This document shows positions 63,169 through 64,000 of a stretch of DNA of 64,000 nucleotides, in pieces. Each line of letters opens with the position of its first letter. Positions within the stretch are counted from its first letter, which is position 1. Origin of the DNA: Candidatus Omnitrophota bacterium (lineage in GTDB: Bacteria; Omnitrophota; Gorgyraeia; Gygaellales; Profunditerraquicolaceae); NCBI GenBank assembly GCA_043814315.1, contig JBDRKE010000005.1:28220-92219 (forward strand). The letters run 5' to 3'. Both the position numbers and the translations under genes were made by a program. The notes under the pieces are model-generated. The model was not told the origin of the DNA, made no database searches, and was given only the letters and a program-made list of their open reading frames with translations.

Positions 63169-63368
63169 TTTTACGCAACAGGCAGATTCTGCTGGGGGTA
63201 TTATTGTTAAGCCTCGTCTTAGGGGCTGGCTGTGAGACAACCAAAGGATTCGCCACGGGAGTCGCCACGGGAGTCGCCTCTACCGCTACTGGGGCAGCTA
63301 AGGATGCGACAGAGATTTGGCAAGGTTTTTTGCGAATCGATAGCTGGATGCGGGAAAATCTCTGGTAG
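63165..63368 (+). CDS. Small lipoprotein, entericidin (EcnA/B)-like
   Basis: MILRNRQILLGVLLLSLVLGAGC|ETTKGF has a lipobox plus GC-x-T-x-K-GF like entericidins. Start ATG overlaps the gltX stop (ATGA). Contains a 12-nt tandem gccacgggagtc x2. Confidence 0.45.
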   Translation: MILRNRQILLGVLLLSLVLGAGCETTKGFATGVATGVASTATGAAKDATEIWQGFLRIDSWMRENLW

Positions 63369-63389
63369 GGCTTCAAGGAAAGGCCCATC

Positions 63390-63914
63390 ATGAAACTTAA
63401 ACTAGCCACTTTCGTTTTGGTTTTAATCTTGGCGTGCGGTTCTGTGGCTTTTGCCGAAGAAAGCCAAAGATTATATGTATCAGGCGTTAAGGCCGCTAAA
63501 AGAGGCGATTTGGCTTATGCCTTTATGTTTTTTCGTTCGCTGTCTGAGAATTTCCCCGAATCTAGAGTCGCGCAGGAAGCCCTATTTGCCAGCGCAGAGT
63601 ATTATTTTTTGATAGGGGCCTTTACGGATGCGCGGCCGGCGTTTATCCGGTTCATAACAGAATATCCTGATTCCAAAGCAAGGCCATTCGCGCTTCTCTA
63701 TCTTTCCAAGATCGCCGAGGCGCAAGGGCAAGAGGCCTTAGCCGAAAGCCTGCAAAAGGAAATCATCACGTCTCAACAATTGGTGCTTCTGTTCAGGGAT
63801 TTTAAAAAATTTCAATACCTTTCCCCGTTGAATAAAAATCATAGGGCCGTTCATTTTATCGACCGGATAGAATTTTATATCGATGGCGAGCTATTTGCGC
63901 AGATTTCTTACTAG
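63390..63914 (+). CDS. Secreted TPR-like protein (BamD/YbgF-like fold guess)
   Basis: Signal peptide MKLKLATFVLVLILACGSVAFA, then helical repeats rich in A/L/Y/F typical of TPR proteins. Confidence 0.3.
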   Translation: MKLKLATFVLVLILACGSVAFAEESQRLYVSGVKAAKRGDLAYAFMFFRSLSENFPESRVAQEALFASAEYYFLIGAFTDARPAFIRFITEYPDSKARPFALLYLSKIAEAQGQEALAESLQKEIITSQQLVLLFRDFKKFQYLSPLNKNHRAVHFIDRIEFYIDGELFAQISY

Positions 63915-64000
63915 TCTCAAAAGGCTGCTCTTGATCGGCCTTATCTTGACGGCCCTCTCTACCGTTATCTGTAATTTCATTTTTGCCCCGGGAAAACAGG

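Overview
Bacterial chromosome segment, about 47% GC, centred on the replication-origin neighbourhood. Minus strand: dnaA, dnaN, a DUF721 gene, gyrB and gyrA. Plus strand, after the putative oriC: rpmH, yidD, yidC, a Jag_N gene, parA, parB, ndk, yicC, gmk, rpoZ, coaC, a tRNA cluster (Cys-Leu-Val), the thrS-infC-rpmI-rplT operon, trkA-trkA-trkH, pheS-pheT, rarA, an EF-G paralog, ppiase, iscU, rny-ymdB, xseAB, dxs, a four-subunit 2-oxoacid:ferredoxin oxidoreductase and gltX. Both gyrase subunits carry large inteins: LAGLIDADG type in GyrA, HNH-like in GyrB. The left 8.4 kb is one uninterrupted minus-strand reading frame of at least 2804 codons that runs off the window edge; it starts with a Sec-type signal peptide and is mostly alpha-helical. 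Next to it is a HEPN/MNT toxin-antitoxin pair plus a zinc-ribbon gene. Other notable items: a free-standing single-motif LAGLIDADG endonuclease gene preceded by a 48-bp palindrome; a 1050-aa ORF that fuses a TM helix, a coiled coil and a Pro/Glu-rich linker to a complete EF-G; two families of short palindromic repeats, one mainly intergenic (CCAAAATCC-type hairpins) and one (GCCAGTTA/TAACCGGC-type) inserted in-frame into pheS, pheT and gltX, with family A also in dxs and porA; and a consensus sigma70 promoter driving a structured about 300-nt leader or ncRNA upstream of rarA. Giant ORFs are typical of some uncultivated lineages such as Omnitrophota; this taxonomic guess is inference only.
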